Of a stretch of DNA of 63,953 nt, positions 39,807-51,200 are shown piece after piece. Made by a program: the position numbers and the translations under genes. The notes below the pieces were generated by a model. The model was not told where the DNA came from, did no database searches, and worked only from the letters and a program-made list of their open reading frames with translations. Origin of the DNA: Rubrobacter sp. (GTDB lineage: Bacteria > Chloroflexota > Chloroflexia > Thermobaculales > Thermobaculaceae); the NCBI GenBank assembly GCA_016781845.1, contig JADDPP010000066.1, positions 1 to 63,953 on the forward strand, in the 5' to 3' direction. Position 1 is the stretch's first letter, and each line of letters starts with the position of its first letter.

Positions 39807-40760
39807 TTGATCGATTTCGCAACCACGGCGCGGAAGGTAGCACAGAACGTCGAGCGGGTTATAATCGGCAAGCAGGCCGAGGTAGAGCTCGCTCTCATCG
39901 CGCTCCTGAGCAAGGGGCACATACTGTTAGAGGACGTGCCGGGCGTCGGGAAGACAGTGCTCGCCAAGTCACTCGCACGTTCTTTGGGAGTCAACTTCAA
40001 GCGCATCCAGTTCACGCCCGACCTGTTGCCCAGCGATGTCACGGGCGTATCCATCTTCAACCAGAAGACGGCCGAGTTCGAGTATCGTCCGGGGCCGCTG
40101 ATGGCCCAGGTGGTTCTCGCCGATGAGATCAACCGTGCTACTCCGAAGACGCAGTCCGCGCTTCTGGAGGCGATGGAGGAGCAGCAGGTAACAGTTGATG
40201 GCGCTTCATACCCGTTGCCCCAGCCGTTCCTCGTGCTCGCTACAGAGAACCCTATCGAGTACGAGGGCACGTTCCCACTGCCAGAAGCGCAGCTCGACCG
40301 ATTCCTGATTCGGCTATCGCTGGGTTACCCCGACAAGCAGGATGAGATAAGCATCCTCGAGACGCAGCACGACGTTCATCCGCTGGAGAGACTCGGACAG
40401 GTGGTGGACGCGGCGGAGTTTGCCGAGGCGCAGGACGTCGTCCGGCAGATATACGTGGACCGGCTCGTCAGCGAGTACATCGTGAGCATAACAACCGCAA
40501 CTCGCGAGCACGACGATGTCTATCTCGGCGCCAGCCCCAGAGGCTCGCTCGGCGTGTACAGGGCAGCCCAGGCGCGGGCAGCGGTGCACGGACGGGACTA
40601 CGTGACCCCGGACGACGTAAAGGCGGTGGCGGTAGCCGTGCTGTCGCACCGGCTCATCCTCACGGCCTCCGCGAGGATGCGGCAGGTGAGCACGGAGTCC
40701 GTGTTGTCCAACATATTGGCTCGCGTGGCCGTTCCCGGCGCACGTGCTGTGGCTCGGTAA
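39807..40760 (+). CDS. MoxR-family AAA+ ATPase
   Basis: Walker [10 protein letters not shown], Walker [10 protein letters not shown], and the MoxR-typical [26 protein letters not shown]. Confidence 0.92.
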   Translation: MIDFATTARKVAQNVERVIIGKQAEVELALIALLSKGHILLEDVPGVGKTVLAKSLARSLGVNFKRIQFTPDLLPSDVTGVSIFNQKTAEFEYRPGPLMAQVVLADEINRATPKTQSALLEAMEEQQVTVDGASYPLPQPFLVLATENPIEYEGTFPLPEAQLDRFLIRLSLGYPDKQDEISILETQHDVHPLERLGQVVDAAEFAEAQDVVRQIYVDRLVSEYIVSITTATREHDDVYLGASPRGSLGVYRAAQARAAVHGRDYVTPDDVKAVAVAVLSHRLILTASARMRQVSTESVLSNILARVAVPGARAVAR

Positions 40761-40775
40761 GGACAGGGTACCTTC

Positions 40776-42041
40776 GTGAAGCCCGCAGCCGTCCTCGGAC
40801 TCGCCCTGCTGATCTTCATCTTCGCCGTAAGCACTGGCTGGCGCTTGCTGTTTCACCTCGGGTGGCTGATCGTGCTTGTGGTGCTGTTCAGCTATTTGTG
40901 GACGAGGTTCGCCTTCCATGGCCTGCGAGTGTTGCGAGAGACACCTCAGGGACGAGTCCAGGTGGGGGAGGCGCTTCGCGAGCGGCTCGGACTGCGCAAC
41001 CAGTCGGTACTGCCGAAGCTCTGGCTCGAAGTGCAAGATGGCGGCAACCTGCCTGGCCGCAGCTCTGGGAACGTTGTGAGCATCGGCCCGTCCTCGGACA
41101 AGCGATGGCGGCGCAAGACCATCTGTTCCCAACGGGGACAGTACACGCTCGGACCGCTGACCATCACTTCCTCCGACCCGTTCGGTCTCTTCACCCGCTC
41201 GGTCGAGGCCGGGCCGCGACGGGAGTTCATCGTCTATCCCCAGGTGGTGCCGCTGACTGACTTCTCCCTGCCTGCCATGGAGCTGCCCGGCGGCAACGTG
41301 GCGCAGCGCCGCAGCTACAACGCCACCCCCACCGTATCTACCATCCGTGAGTACGTTCCCGGTGATAGCCTCAGTACCGTTAGCTGGAAGGCGACGGCGC
41401 GCAACCAGAAGCTGATGGTCAAGGAGTTCGAGCTCGACCCGGTAGCGGATGTGTGGATCGTGCTCGACCTGGACCATCGGCTACACACGGAGCGAGCGGC
41501 ACTAGACCGGGAGCTGCCCGCGGACCCGGAGCGCCAGTACCTTAACTCCACGGTCGAGTACGCTGTCGCCACGGCTGCGTCGGTTGCCTCCTGGATGCTG
41601 GAGAAGGACCGCAGCGTTGGCCTTATAGCCTGGGGGCAGGAGAAGCAGATAGTGCCGCCTGATCGCGGCACGAGGCAGTTGTGGAAGATACTGGAGCTTC
41701 TGGCGGTGGTGGAGCCGGCGCACGCGCCGCCACTGCGCGAGGTTCTGCTGAGCTACCAGTCGTTCTTCGCAGGAAACCACTCGCTCTTCATTATCACTCC
41801 GGATACGAGCGGCTCGTGGCACCCCGCGCTCGACCTCACAGGTGGTCGCACCCTGCCCGTCACCGCCATGTACATTGACGCGCTCTCGTTCGATAACCGT
41901 ATGCCGCGCCTGCTGCCGCAGCAGGACCACCGCCGTGCGCGCTTCTACTCTTACACCCTGCGGAACGGCGACGACTTGCGAGATGCTTTCGCGCGCGGCC
42001 GCACGACAGGCCAGGCTCGACAGATGGAGATAGCCAGATGA
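40776..42041 (+). CDS. DUF58 domain protein (MoxR-associated, vWA-like)
   Basis: N-terminal TM pair, with REYVPGDSLSTVSWKATARNQKLMVKEFE as the DUF58 signature. It follows moxR by 15 nt. Confidence 0.85.
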   Translation: MKPAAVLGLALLIFIFAVSTGWRLLFHLGWLIVLVVLFSYLWTRFAFHGLRVLRETPQGRVQVGEALRERLGLRNQSVLPKLWLEVQDGGNLPGRSSGNVVSIGPSSDKRWRRKTICSQRGQYTLGPLTITSSDPFGLFTRSVEAGPRREFIVYPQVVPLTDFSLPAMELPGGNVAQRRSYNATPTVSTIREYVPGDSLSTVSWKATARNQKLMVKEFELDPVADVWIVLDLDHRLHTERAALDRELPADPERQYLNSTVEYAVATAASVASWMLEKDRSVGLIAWGQEKQIVPPDRGTRQLWKILELLAVVEPAHAPPLREVLLSYQSFFAGNHSLFIITPDTSGSWHPALDLTGGRTLPVTAMYIDALSFDNRMPRLLPQQDHRRARFYSYTLRNGDDLRDAFARGRTTGQARQMEIAR

Positions 42042-44698
42042 GAAGATACCTCGACGCAAACAATGCTGTTACCGCAGTGCTACTGCTGGTGATGGTGGGT
42101 AGCCTTGCACGCTCGATCGAGCAGGGACGCTGGACGGACGGCCTCGACGTGCTGTTCCCCATCGCAGTGCTCGGAGTGCTCGTTGGTGTGCTTCTCGCTG
42201 GCAGCAACCTGGGCACCGTCCGGGCACACCTTGTCGGAGTCCTGGCGGGCCTGCTCGTCGTTACGTGGCAGACCGGCAGTCTCCTGCCTGCTGAGGCACT
42301 CGAGAACGGCAACAGGTTCGGCGTTGTGTGGGCGCGCTTCCGGGAGTGGCTCTCGGTGGTGATTGAGGGAGGGGCCAGCTACGACCAGCTGCTCTTCGTC
42401 TTCACTATGGGCGCTATCATCTGGTTCTTGGCGTACAACGGGGCGTGGTTCGTTCTGCGTTATGGCTGGGTATGGTGGGCTCTGCTGCCTACCGGGCTCG
42501 TGATGCTCGTGAACCTGGGCTACACCATCCGGCCGAACACGAGGCCGTTCGTGCTGTTCCTGCTCGCCTCCATGCTGCTGATGATACACACCCACCTCGC
42601 TCAAAGGCGTGCTCGCTGGGAGCAGGAAGGACTCGGGTACGAGGGGGGAATGCTGCCCAAGTTCCTCATGCTGGGAAGCGTGCTCTCGCTCGTCCTGCTC
42701 GCGCTTGCGTGGCAGGGACCGAGCCGTGGTCTGACGCGCACAGCGAGGGCGATCTTCGCTCAGGTGGAGCGTCCGTGGGAGCGCGTGCAGGACCGGTGGG
42801 AGAACGCATTCGCGTTCCTGTACCCTTCATCCGGAGGAGGCGGTCGCAGGAGCGGAATCGGTGGGGGCTTCACCAGCTTCAGCGACAACTTCGAGCTTGG
42901 CGGCCCGCTGCGGCTGGGCACTCGGACCGTCTTTACCGCGGAGGGTGAGCCTCGGCAGTACTGGCGCGGGGTCGTGTACGACGAGTACACCGGCCGGGGC
43001 TGGGGTGTCGGCGGCGGGCCTGAGGTATATCCTCCTGTGCAGCCCGTTCAAGGCAAACAGCTGGACCAGCGTGTGGCCCAGACGAAGCTGCCGAAGGGCG
43101 TGTACAAGGTTGACCAGGCGGTGACTGTCGTGCTCCCGGTCGGCACGAGTGTTTTCGCGGCCGACACCCCCGTGCGGTTCGACCGCCCCTCGCAGTGGCA
43201 ACTCAGCCCGGTGCTTCGCCAGCAGACGATGCGCCTTGACGAGGAACTGCCCGCGTCCACGGCGGTGGACAGAAAGCGCGCGTATGAGCTGAATGAGCTA
43301 CGACGGCTGATACAGGCTATAGGGCCGCAGCGGGTGCGGCAGGCATCTCTCGATGGAGGAGTCGAAGTCACGCCGCGGGTGCGCAGCGTTCCAGCTATCA
43401 ACAGACGCGGTGATGTTACAACCCCTGCTCCCGAAGCTACCCCGGCCCTGGATGAGGCGGAAGCCCGCCAGTCCGAGGAGCGCCTTACGGATGAGCTCAT
43501 AGCGCTCAATCGCAGGGGTATTCAGGCTAGCTTCCGATATCAGAGGGGCGCAGCTCCGGTCATACGATACGCTTACTACGAGGCGAACCAGCACGACCTG
43601 CAAGTGGTGACGGCGCAGCAGGCGGCCCGCAAGGGTGAGACGTACAAGGTGACATCGTTTGTCCCCAATCCTACGGACGAGCAGTTGAACGCCGAGCGCC
43701 GCCCAGTGCCTGAGTGGGTGCGGGATCGCTACCTGGAAACGGGATCTCTGCCAGAGCGGGTGCGAGCTAGGGCGCTGGAACTGACACAAGGGGCGAAGAC
43801 TACGCACGAGAAGGCACAGGCGATCGAGCTGTACCTGCGCAGTCTGAAGTACAAGGAGAATATGCCCCTCACCCCGCCCGGCCGTGATTTCGTGGACTAC
43901 TTCCTTTTCGACAGGAAGGAAGGATACTGCACCTCGTTCGCCTCGGCGATGGCGGTAATGCTGCGCTCCCTCGATGTGCCGGCGAGGGTGGTCACCGGCT
44001 TCGCGCCGGGTAAGTACGATACCAGGTTAGGTAGGTACGTCGTCACCGAGGCGCAGGCGCACATGTGGCCGCAGGTGTATTATCCGACGTACGGCTGGGT
44101 GAACTACGAGCCGACGCCGATACGCGACCTTGTCAGCCGCACCGAAGGCGTCGGAGGAGGGGCCTACAACCCTGGCATAGCTGCCGGAACCCGCCCCGGA
44201 GACGACCTGCTGCAGAAGAACCTTGACGGAAATACGATGGGCGGCAGCATTGGGGCTGCCGGGTCTTCGAGGCTGCCCGCGCCCGTCCGGTTCGTACTGA
44301 CGATCCTGCTCCTAATGGCGGTCCTCGCCGTGCTCGCACTGCTTGCGTATTTCATCTCGCTCGTCCGCCTGCGTGGTCTGCGAGGGGCGAGGAGGCAGTA
44401 CGCGAAGCTGCTGCAGGTGGGGAGCGTCCTCGGCGTTCGCCCCGCCCTGAGCCATACACCAGCAGAGCACAGTGCGCGGCTCGAAACGGCGATGCCAGGA
44501 GCGCGAAGCTCCGTACGGGAGATAACGAGCCGCTACGTGAGTGAGGTGTTCGGAAGGCAGACCCGAGATCACTCCGACCTGGACGGGGAGTGGAAGGCTG
44601 TCGCTACGCAGGCGGCGCGCGTCGCTCCCGGCAGGGTCGTCTCTGCTATCCGCGGGCTGCGTGGTAGTGTGTTTCTGGGGCGGCTGAGGCGAGGGTAG
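42038..44698 (+). CDS. Transglutaminase-like membrane protein (TgpA/DUF3488-type)
   Basis: About six N-terminal TM helices. The transglutaminase core is EGYCTSFASAMAVMLRSLDVPARVVTGF ... AHMWPQVY. Its start overlaps the DUF58 stop (ATGA). Confidence 0.85.
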   Translation: MRRYLDANNAVTAVLLLVMVGSLARSIEQGRWTDGLDVLFPIAVLGVLVGVLLAGSNLGTVRAHLVGVLAGLLVVTWQTGSLLPAEALENGNRFGVVWARFREWLSVVIEGGASYDQLLFVFTMGAIIWFLAYNGAWFVLRYGWVWWALLPTGLVMLVNLGYTIRPNTRPFVLFLLASMLLMIHTHLAQRRARWEQEGLGYEGGMLPKFLMLGSVLSLVLLALAWQGPSRGLTRTARAIFAQVERPWERVQDRWENAFAFLYPSSGGGGRRSGIGGGFTSFSDNFELGGPLRLGTRTVFTAEGEPRQYWRGVVYDEYTGRGWGVGGGPEVYPPVQPVQGKQLDQRVAQTKLPKGVYKVDQAVTVVLPVGTSVFAADTPVRFDRPSQWQLSPVLRQQTMRLDEELPASTAVDRKRAYELNELRRLIQAIGPQRVRQASLDGGVEVTPRVRSVPAINRRGDVTTPAPEATPALDEAEARQSEERLTDELIALNRRGIQASFRYQRGAAPVIRYAYYEANQHDLQVVTAQQAARKGETYKVTSFVPNPTDEQLNAERRPVPEWVRDRYLETGSLPERVRARALELTQGAKTTHEKAQAIELYLRSLKYKENMPLTPPGRDFVDYFLFDRKEGYCTSFASAMAVMLRSLDVPARVVTGFAPGKYDTRLGRYVVTEAQAHMWPQVYYPTYGWVNYEPTPIRDLVSRTEGVGGGAYNPGIAAGTRPGDDLLQKNLDGNTMGGSIGAAGSSRLPAPVRFVLTILLLMAVLAVLALLAYFISLVRLRGLRGARRQYAKLLQVGSVLGVRPALSHTPAEHSARLETAMPGARSSVREITSRYVSEVFGRQTRDHSDLDGEWKAVATQAARVAPGRVVSAIRGLRGSVFLGRLRRG

Positions 44699-44853
44699 AG
44701 TCTGTCACCGAGCGTGATACCTGCTACACCTGCTACAGGTAAAGGCTGACAGTATGAGTGGCTGCTCATCTGCTGGAAACCGGCATTGAGCCTGGCACAG
44801 GCATATTCCTGCCTCTCCGTCCAGCCTCTGCGTCAGATCCGTCCCCTGGGCTG

Positions 44854-44880
44854 GCTGCTGCCCCCAACCACGGCAGCAGC
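44854..44880. terminator. Hairpin between convergent genes (GCTGCTGCC-9 nt-GGCAGCAGC)
   Basis: Perfect 9-bp stem lying 43 nt past the stop of the minus-strand small gene and 156 nt past the transglutaminase stop. Confidence 0.3.
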
Positions 44881-44922
44881 ACCGCCAGGGGTTGGTTGAG
44901 GTACGCTGTGCGGAGAGCATCG

Positions 44923-45252
44923 CTACCGCTTCTTGCGATCGCGCTCCTTGTAGAACTTCTTGGGCTTCGGGATAGGGCGGGACTCGAATGCCTCGCGCTC
45001 CCTGGCGTTCTGCTCCCGAACGCCCTCCAGTTCTTCCTCAAGCCCCACGAGGTCGTTATAGATCGTCGTGTCCTTCGCTGCCTCAGGCGCGCGCATCAGC
45101 CGCTGCAGCACCCGTAGCTGCGAGGTGTACTCGTTGCCACCCATCTGCTGAGCCAGCGTGATGTACCGGTCGAGCATCGCCACGGTCTGCGGCTTTGCCC
45201 GTCGCTCGATCAGCCGCTGCTGAAGCCGCACCATGTTCTCCGCTATGTTCAT
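44923..45252 (-). CDS. Hypothetical small helical protein with Lys/Arg-rich tail
   Basis: ORF 44923..45312 trimmed to the ATG at 45252, 8 nt after GGGAGG. The product is 109 aa. No family was recognised. Confidence 0.45.
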   Translation of the reverse strand: MNIAENMVRLQQRLIERRAKPQTVAMLDRYITLAQQMGGNEYTSQLRVLQRLMRAPEAAKDTTIYNDLVGLEEELEGVREQNAREREAFESRPIPKPKKFYKERDRKKR

Positions 45253-45592
45253 CGTGCCCGCCTCCCTCGCCATGCCGCCACAAGCGGCACGGTAACGAGG
45301 GTATTGTACCACTCACCGAGACAAGCGGATCGAAGGCGAGTCTGAACGCGCTGTCACCTTACTCCCGTGAGGTTCACGCTCCGGAGAGGTGCGGCCACGC
45401 TGACATCTACCGGATCGGGCCAGACTTTAGAGCGCAAGTGGAGCGGCATGGATCGGTCGAAGGCGAGCGGGTCTGTCAGGAAACCGTCATCCAACTGTAA
45501 GGGGATTTTCATGTATCCCTCAGAAGAGCCTCTTATACTGACCGAAACGGAGTGGTCCACAACGGAGTCTTCGCCCGTCAAGGAGGCGCAAA

Positions 45593-45955
45593 ATGACGGA
45601 GTACAGCGCGTCGGTCATGCAGCGGATACGTAAGGGCCTCATGGAGGTGAAGTCGTCGGACAACGTTAATCTCGGGACTGTAACGGAGATATGGCCGGGC
45701 TCAGATCCCGAGAGCGCCACCGACCCGTGGGATGACCAAAGCTGCTCTCAGTTGGAGGTGTGGTATCACGGCCACATTCACAGAAGGCTATACATCCCGT
45801 GCGGCTGGATAGCACAGGTGTCCGGCAACTGCGTAAGCCTCAAGGTGGACGCAAGGACCGCCGAGACGATGGGCTGGTCCATCAGGCCAGACTGGATAAT
45901 GGATGATGGGAGATCGTTCCCACGGGATCTGCGCTCGTACGTCATCGTGGGCTAA
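45593..45955 (+). CDS. DUF2171/PRC-barrel-like small protein
   Basis: The ATG lies 7 nt after AAGGAGG. The pattern MEVKSSDNVNLGTVTEIW ... LYIPCGWIAQVSGNCVSLKV is DUF2171-like and paralogous in pattern to 10164..10490. Confidence 0.5.
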   Translation: MTEYSASVMQRIRKGLMEVKSSDNVNLGTVTEIWPGSDPESATDPWDDQSCSQLEVWYHGHIHRRLYIPCGWIAQVSGNCVSLKVDARTAETMGWSIRPDWIMDDGRSFPRDLRSYVIVG

Positions 45956-48249
45956 GCCTGAGCATGTTCGCCGCGCACCCGCCGCGGCCAGGGTCCTCCC
46001 TTTGTTTGTTGGGGAGCCTCGTACAGCACCGAGTCGCCGCTCCTGGACACGGGCGTGAGTACGCCCTCAAAGGGGTCGCGGACTGTGATACTCCTTTCCG
46101 CCTGCATCTCGCGCTCGAGATCTCCGTAGTACACGTACTTCACCGCGTAGCGCTCCAGCAGAGCGCGAGCCTCCTCAGCGTTATCGGGGTCGTATATGGA
46201 CGCCACGTCTTCGCTTCGTGAGGCGATCTCCCTGAGTAGTTCCGGCTGACCAAGTCGCCACTGCTGCTCGTGGCCCGCCCACCCGAGTACGGTGGGGCGA
46301 CCGGCGTACGTCGCGAGTCGGGCGTACAGGCTGTACTGGCCGCCCGTCGCCTCCAGGACGACATCACTGGGCCGCGTGTTTTTCCGTAGCCACTCGACGA
46401 TCTTATATGCGTCCCTGTCGTCATCGCGCAGAAATGCCGACGCATCGAGTCCGTTGTAGCCGCCCGCCGAGCGTTCCCTGACTCCCGCATACGGGTACGC
46501 GAGCGACAGTAGCAAGACCGTGACGACCACCGGTGTAGCAAGTCTTATCTTGTGGCCACCCGTGACGTGGAGAGAGAGGTGGTCGAGAGCACCGAGTAGC
46601 AGGACGGCGTAGGATATTCCGAGTAGCTGCCACGCCTGGTAGTAGAGCTTGAAGACCGTGTTCATCCGGTCGTCAAACACGTCTCGTAAAAAGAGTATCT
46701 CCGGAAGCAGCACGAGTGTCCAGCCGACACCGGAGAGCAGAAAGCCCCACCGTAGCGAGATGGACGGCAGGCACCAGGCGTTGTGAAGGCAGAGGACTAT
46801 CACTGGTGCAAGCAGGAGGAGCACAGGCGCATCGAGTAAAGCGGCCGGGACGAGAGCCGCAGCCGCTACGGCCGCACTCGCCGCCCAACCGTTCGGTCCT
46901 GCGGCCCGCGCAGTTGCGAGCAGTGCCAGCACGAGCAGGAGCACGTGAACGCCCCACACGCCCAGGAACTCCGAGACCTCCGAGTGGTCCCACCACACAA
47001 CCCCTAGGTAGCGGCCGAGCGTCGCGAGGAGCGGTACGGAGGCGACCCATTCGGGTAGTTCCGCACTATGGTGCACGGGCGCCTCGAAGCTCGCCAGGAA
47101 GGGCATCGCCGCCAGAGCCGCCGCGAGCAGGAGGGGTAAAGGTACGAGCAGTGCCATGCGAAGTCGTTCGCGCAGCCGCCCGCTCTGCGCGCCAACCACG
47201 GGGGATGCGACCGCGAGCGCCGCGACGACGGGCACATCCCAGCTGTTCGTCATGTATAACCAGCCGACTATCACCCCAGCCGTCACCGCTCCCACGAGCA
47301 ACTGTACTCGGGGCCGCCGCATGTACAGGGCGAGGGCGAGAGAGGCGCTTACACCGAGCGTGAACAGGGGCATCGCCATTACGTGCGGGTGAAGGTCGCC
47401 GAGCAGGAAGCTGAAGGCGGGAAACTCGCTGATGGGCTCGCTGGGGCTCGGCCTGCCCGGTATGGTATCAGCCACGACGCGACTGGGCCCCCACCAGTCG
47501 AAGCCGCGCTGCTCGCGCCATGCACGCCACCACTCGAAGGTGCCGGCCGGGTTCCCGATGAACAGTACCAGAAGCGGCGCGAGGAGCGCGCCCAGCAGGC
47601 GGGGGGCGCGTGCGGGACTGCCAGCAGCGACCGCGTTGTAGCCAACGCCTGCCAGGGTAACGAGGCTTACGGCCCAGGTGGTTGCGAGGGCGAGGTTGAA
47701 GGCGATGGCGGGAGGCACGCCGGAGAGCCGCGCGAGAAAAGCGTGCAGGTAGAAGCCGAAGTAGTAGTAGTTCGTTGTGTGCCCGGAAAGCCACAGGTCC
47801 GGCGGTGGCATGTAGCGGGCGGAGTAGGCGGCCTGCAGGTACATGTACTCCATTGGCTTCTCGGTGCCGCTGGCCTCGGGCATGTGCGCGCGCAGCAGGA
47901 GGAGGGCCAGGAAGGCGAGAAGGAATGCCGCCTCGACCGCCACTACATATCCGGTTAGCTCCCGAAAAAAGACCAACCAGGCCCTAAGATAGCCGCCCTT
48001 GTGCATCAGCAGCATTGACACGGATACGAGAGCCAGGGCGAGCACGGCCAGCCTGCTGGATGACCCGCCGAACGGGGCCAGCCCGAAGGAGGCGGCGAGC
48101 CAGGCGAGCCACCCCGCCGTGATCCACCCGAAAGCCTTCGACAGCGCGTAGCCGCGGTCGGGGAGGGATCGGAACAGCAGCCCGCACAGCGGCAGCGATA
48201 CCAGAGTCATCAGTTCCAGCCACAGCCACCACCGCAGTGCCTCAGCCAC
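45952..48249 (-). CDS. Chlor_Arch_YYY / DUF2298 polytopic membrane protein
   Basis: 765 aa and highly hydrophobic. It carries GTEKPMEYMYLQ...GHTTNYYYFGFYLHAF (YYYxG motif) and a soluble C-terminal domain. The GTG start overlaps the upstream stop by 8 nt. Confidence 0.8.
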   Translation of the reverse strand: MAEALRWWLWLELMTLVSLPLCGLLFRSLPDRGYALSKAFGWITAGWLAWLAASFGLAPFGGSSSRLAVLALALVSVSMLLMHKGGYLRAWLVFFRELTGYVVAVEAAFLLAFLALLLLRAHMPEASGTEKPMEYMYLQAAYSARYMPPPDLWLSGHTTNYYYFGFYLHAFLARLSGVPPAIAFNLALATTWAVSLVTLAGVGYNAVAAGSPARAPRLLGALLAPLLVLFIGNPAGTFEWWRAWREQRGFDWWGPSRVVADTIPGRPSPSEPISEFPAFSFLLGDLHPHVMAMPLFTLGVSASLALALYMRRPRVQLLVGAVTAGVIVGWLYMTNSWDVPVVAALAVASPVVGAQSGRLRERLRMALLVPLPLLLAAALAAMPFLASFEAPVHHSAELPEWVASVPLLATLGRYLGVVWWDHSEVSEFLGVWGVHVLLLVLALLATARAAGPNGWAASAAVAAAALVPAALLDAPVLLLLAPVIVLCLHNAWCLPSISLRWGFLLSGVGWTLVLLPEILFLRDVFDDRMNTVFKLYYQAWQLLGISYAVLLLGALDHLSLHVTGGHKIRLATPVVVTVLLLSLAYPYAGVRERSAGGYNGLDASAFLRDDDRDAYKIVEWLRKNTRPSDVVLEATGGQYSLYARLATYAGRPTVLGWAGHEQQWRLGQPELLREIASRSEDVASIYDPDNAEEARALLERYAVKYVYYGDLEREMQAERSITVRDPFEGVLTPVSRSGDSVLYEAPQQTKGGPWPRRVRGEHAQA

Positions 48250-51200
48250 CTGGCGTCACCTGGGCGCTGATATCGTCCATGTTACCCCACTGCCAGGAGG
48301 GCAGAACCTCGTACACTGTCACACCGGAGTTCCGGTACGCCACTCGCAGCGTGCGGTCCACCATCCGGTCAAACTTCGCCAGCCCTCGCGCAGATGCGTA
48401 CCGTACCACCGGCTCGCCCCTCGCTGGGTCGCCGAACTCGTGCAGCCGCTCTACTGGCCCAACGTAAACGTACCTCACGCCGTATCGCTCGATCACTTCG
48501 AGAGCTCTCCGCGTGTCGGGCGAGTTGTACAGGTCGCGAATTGCCGCGTGACGCTCCGACACCTCATCAGGGTACCGCTGCTGCGCCTCGTGGTTATCCC
48601 AGCCTACAAGGGTAGGCAGGCCGGTGAACATGGATACGCGTCCGCCGTTCCCACGGTACGGTCCGATGCTCGCCTCGACTATGGTCTCAGGTCGCCTCAC
48701 GTTCTCTCGCAGCCAGCGAATGGCTGCATAGTCCTCCGAGTAACGCTCCTCCATGCCCGACACGTTCTGCAGCGTAGCTGTCTCAAGAAACAACTCCCCA
48801 TCCAGGGTGAGGCCGCGCGGAGGCTCTGGGAACCGCTGCTGCAGCCGCGTGGCCGTACCGTAAACGGGGTAGACCAGGGATGCGGAGAGTAGCACGACGA
48901 GGAGCGCGAGCGGGAGGGCGCGGCCCAGCCGGCTATGGGCGATGGTGACCGCGAGCCACGCCAGCCCGGCGCAGCCTAGAGCCAGCAGTATCCAGCTCTG
49001 CAGACCAAACTTGAATACCGTGTTCATCCTGTACGCCGTGCTGCCCTCCAGGAAGTCCTTGAGATACAGCACCTCGATTCCCGTCCAGACCAGGAGGCCG
49101 CCAGCTGCGAGTCCACTCCACGTGAGCGCCACCGCGGACCGCCTGTTCGACCACGTCGCGTTCAGCAGGAGCCCGAGGAGGGTCACCAACAGGCCGAGCA
49201 CTGGACGGTCAAGGGCGAGCGCGATGCCGAGGCCGGCTAACCCGGCCACCGCGGCCACGAGGCGCGCCTTCCTGCCGCCCATCCACGCGCGCGCCGCTCC
49301 GTACCAAGCGGCCAGGAAGAGGAAGAGTCCCAGCATATTCAGGTAGACAGGCAGACCCGTGGGGTCCTTCACGACGCCTATCTCACCGTAGAAGCTCTTG
49401 AAGAACACGAAGAAAGGGAGGTAGGCGGCGGCTGCGACCGCCCCAAGCAGCAGGCCCGATAGCGCGAGCCGCGGCAGGGCAGCGAGCCGGCCAGTGTTGC
49501 AGAGCCAGTACACCCCCAACGCGAGGCCGAACATCCCTCCGTACGTCGGCACATCCCAGGGGTTGGTGACTGCGAGAGCGCCGACGAGCAAGCCAGCGAC
49601 TCCCGTGAGGAGGTATGTCGCGCGTGGCCGAACGCCTTCCCTGTACGTCACCACGTAGGCGCCGAGCAGCAGGAGAGAGAGGCCCAGTGGCATGCTGATC
49701 ATGTGTGCGTGAAGGTCGCCGTACAGAAAGGTAAAGAAGGGGAACTCGTGGATGAAGCCGCCTGGCTGGCCTATGTTCAGCCGTGAGCTGCGCCAGAAGT
49801 CGAAGCTCTGCCAGAGTGGTCCGCTCCTGTCACCCCTGAGGACTTCAACGGCCTGTACGATGCCGTCAAGGTTCCCGATTAGCAGCACGAATGCGAGTGA
49901 GATACCACCCACCACCACCGCCGCAGCCCTTCCCGCGCGCCACGCTACCGTGTAGCCAACCGCCGCGGCGAGCGTTCCGGTAAGCGCCCAGACGGTGGCC
50001 ACCGACAGGTTGAAGCCGTACTGGGGACCAACCATACTGAGACGCATGAGGGAAGCCACGATCCATTGGCCGAAGTAGTAGTAGTTGATGTAGCCGCCCG
50101 CGAACCACGGGTCATACGGCGGCAACTCCGAGCTACGCAGGATACCGTTGATGAACGCGAGCTCCATCGGCTTCTCGCCCCCGAAATACGGTTGCCAGAG
50201 GTCGGGGTTAGCGGCCCTCAGCAGCGCGCCCGCGGCGAAGAGCGCGAGGAACAGGGCCTCAAAGCCAAGCATCGCCTGCCACGCGAATCGAGCATCCCTG
50301 GACACCGCGCGCCGCCGCACGAGCGCCGCGATACCCGCCGACCACGCGAGAAGCACGGCCACGAGCCAGACGGTGCCCTGGCCGGCGGGTAGCAGCCCCA
50401 GCGCCGGGAGCAGCCACGCAAGCCACGAGAGCAGAACGACACCGAGCAGCTTGGCAAGCGTCCACCCGCGATCTGGAAGCGCCCGCAGCAGACCACCGAG
50501 CAGCAGCCACGCGGCGAGCCCCAGGACTTCGAGCGCGAGAAGCCAGGCCATGGTTGCGGTCCAGCCGGTGCTCGCGGACCCCCCAAAGTACGGCAAACCA
50601 GTCGCTGCGGCGTCGCGCCTGGGTGGGAGCAACAGGCTCTTCTCGACAGAGCCGTGTCGCTCGGGGGAGTAAGGGGCGGCGAGCGCGTCGACGAACAGGG
50701 CGTCGTACTCCCAATCCTCCAGGTTGCGTTCCTTTTTGAACACCACCGTAGTCGGGTGATCGTACACTGCCACGTTGTCGTCCGCACCTTGGGCCGGAAC
50801 GTTCAGTGTCCCCAGTCCGGGTCCGTCGTCGAACCTCGCGACCTCGCGGAACCCCAACCGCTCCTCGAAGAGCAGCTCGTAATAACGGATGGCGACCGCG
50901 TAGCGCCACGGGGAGCGGGGTATGGAGTCCGACAGTCTGTTCGTAGCCAGGACGATGTAGTCCGAGCTCCGCGCAGCCTCTTGCACCTGAGCTAGCTTCT
51001 GTTCCGGCGCCAAATCATCGTACATGGCGATCTGGTGATACTTGTACACACCCCGGTCCTCTCCCGGCAGGGCGAGAGGCAGCGGGTCATCCCAGTGCTC
51101 GTGGCCGACTGTGGCGCCGGCTGGAACGTTGTTGTACAGCCATTCCGAAGCCTGTATATAGTTGTGCGGGCGGGTGTAGATGCGACTCCACGCCAATACC

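Noticed and set aside
39683-40270. N-terminal 196 codons of the listed 775-aa ORF containing polX
   Set aside because: This part is antisense to the moxR coding sequence and is Ser/Thr/Cys-rich. The PolX homology begins at the GTG at 39682, which has its own RBS.
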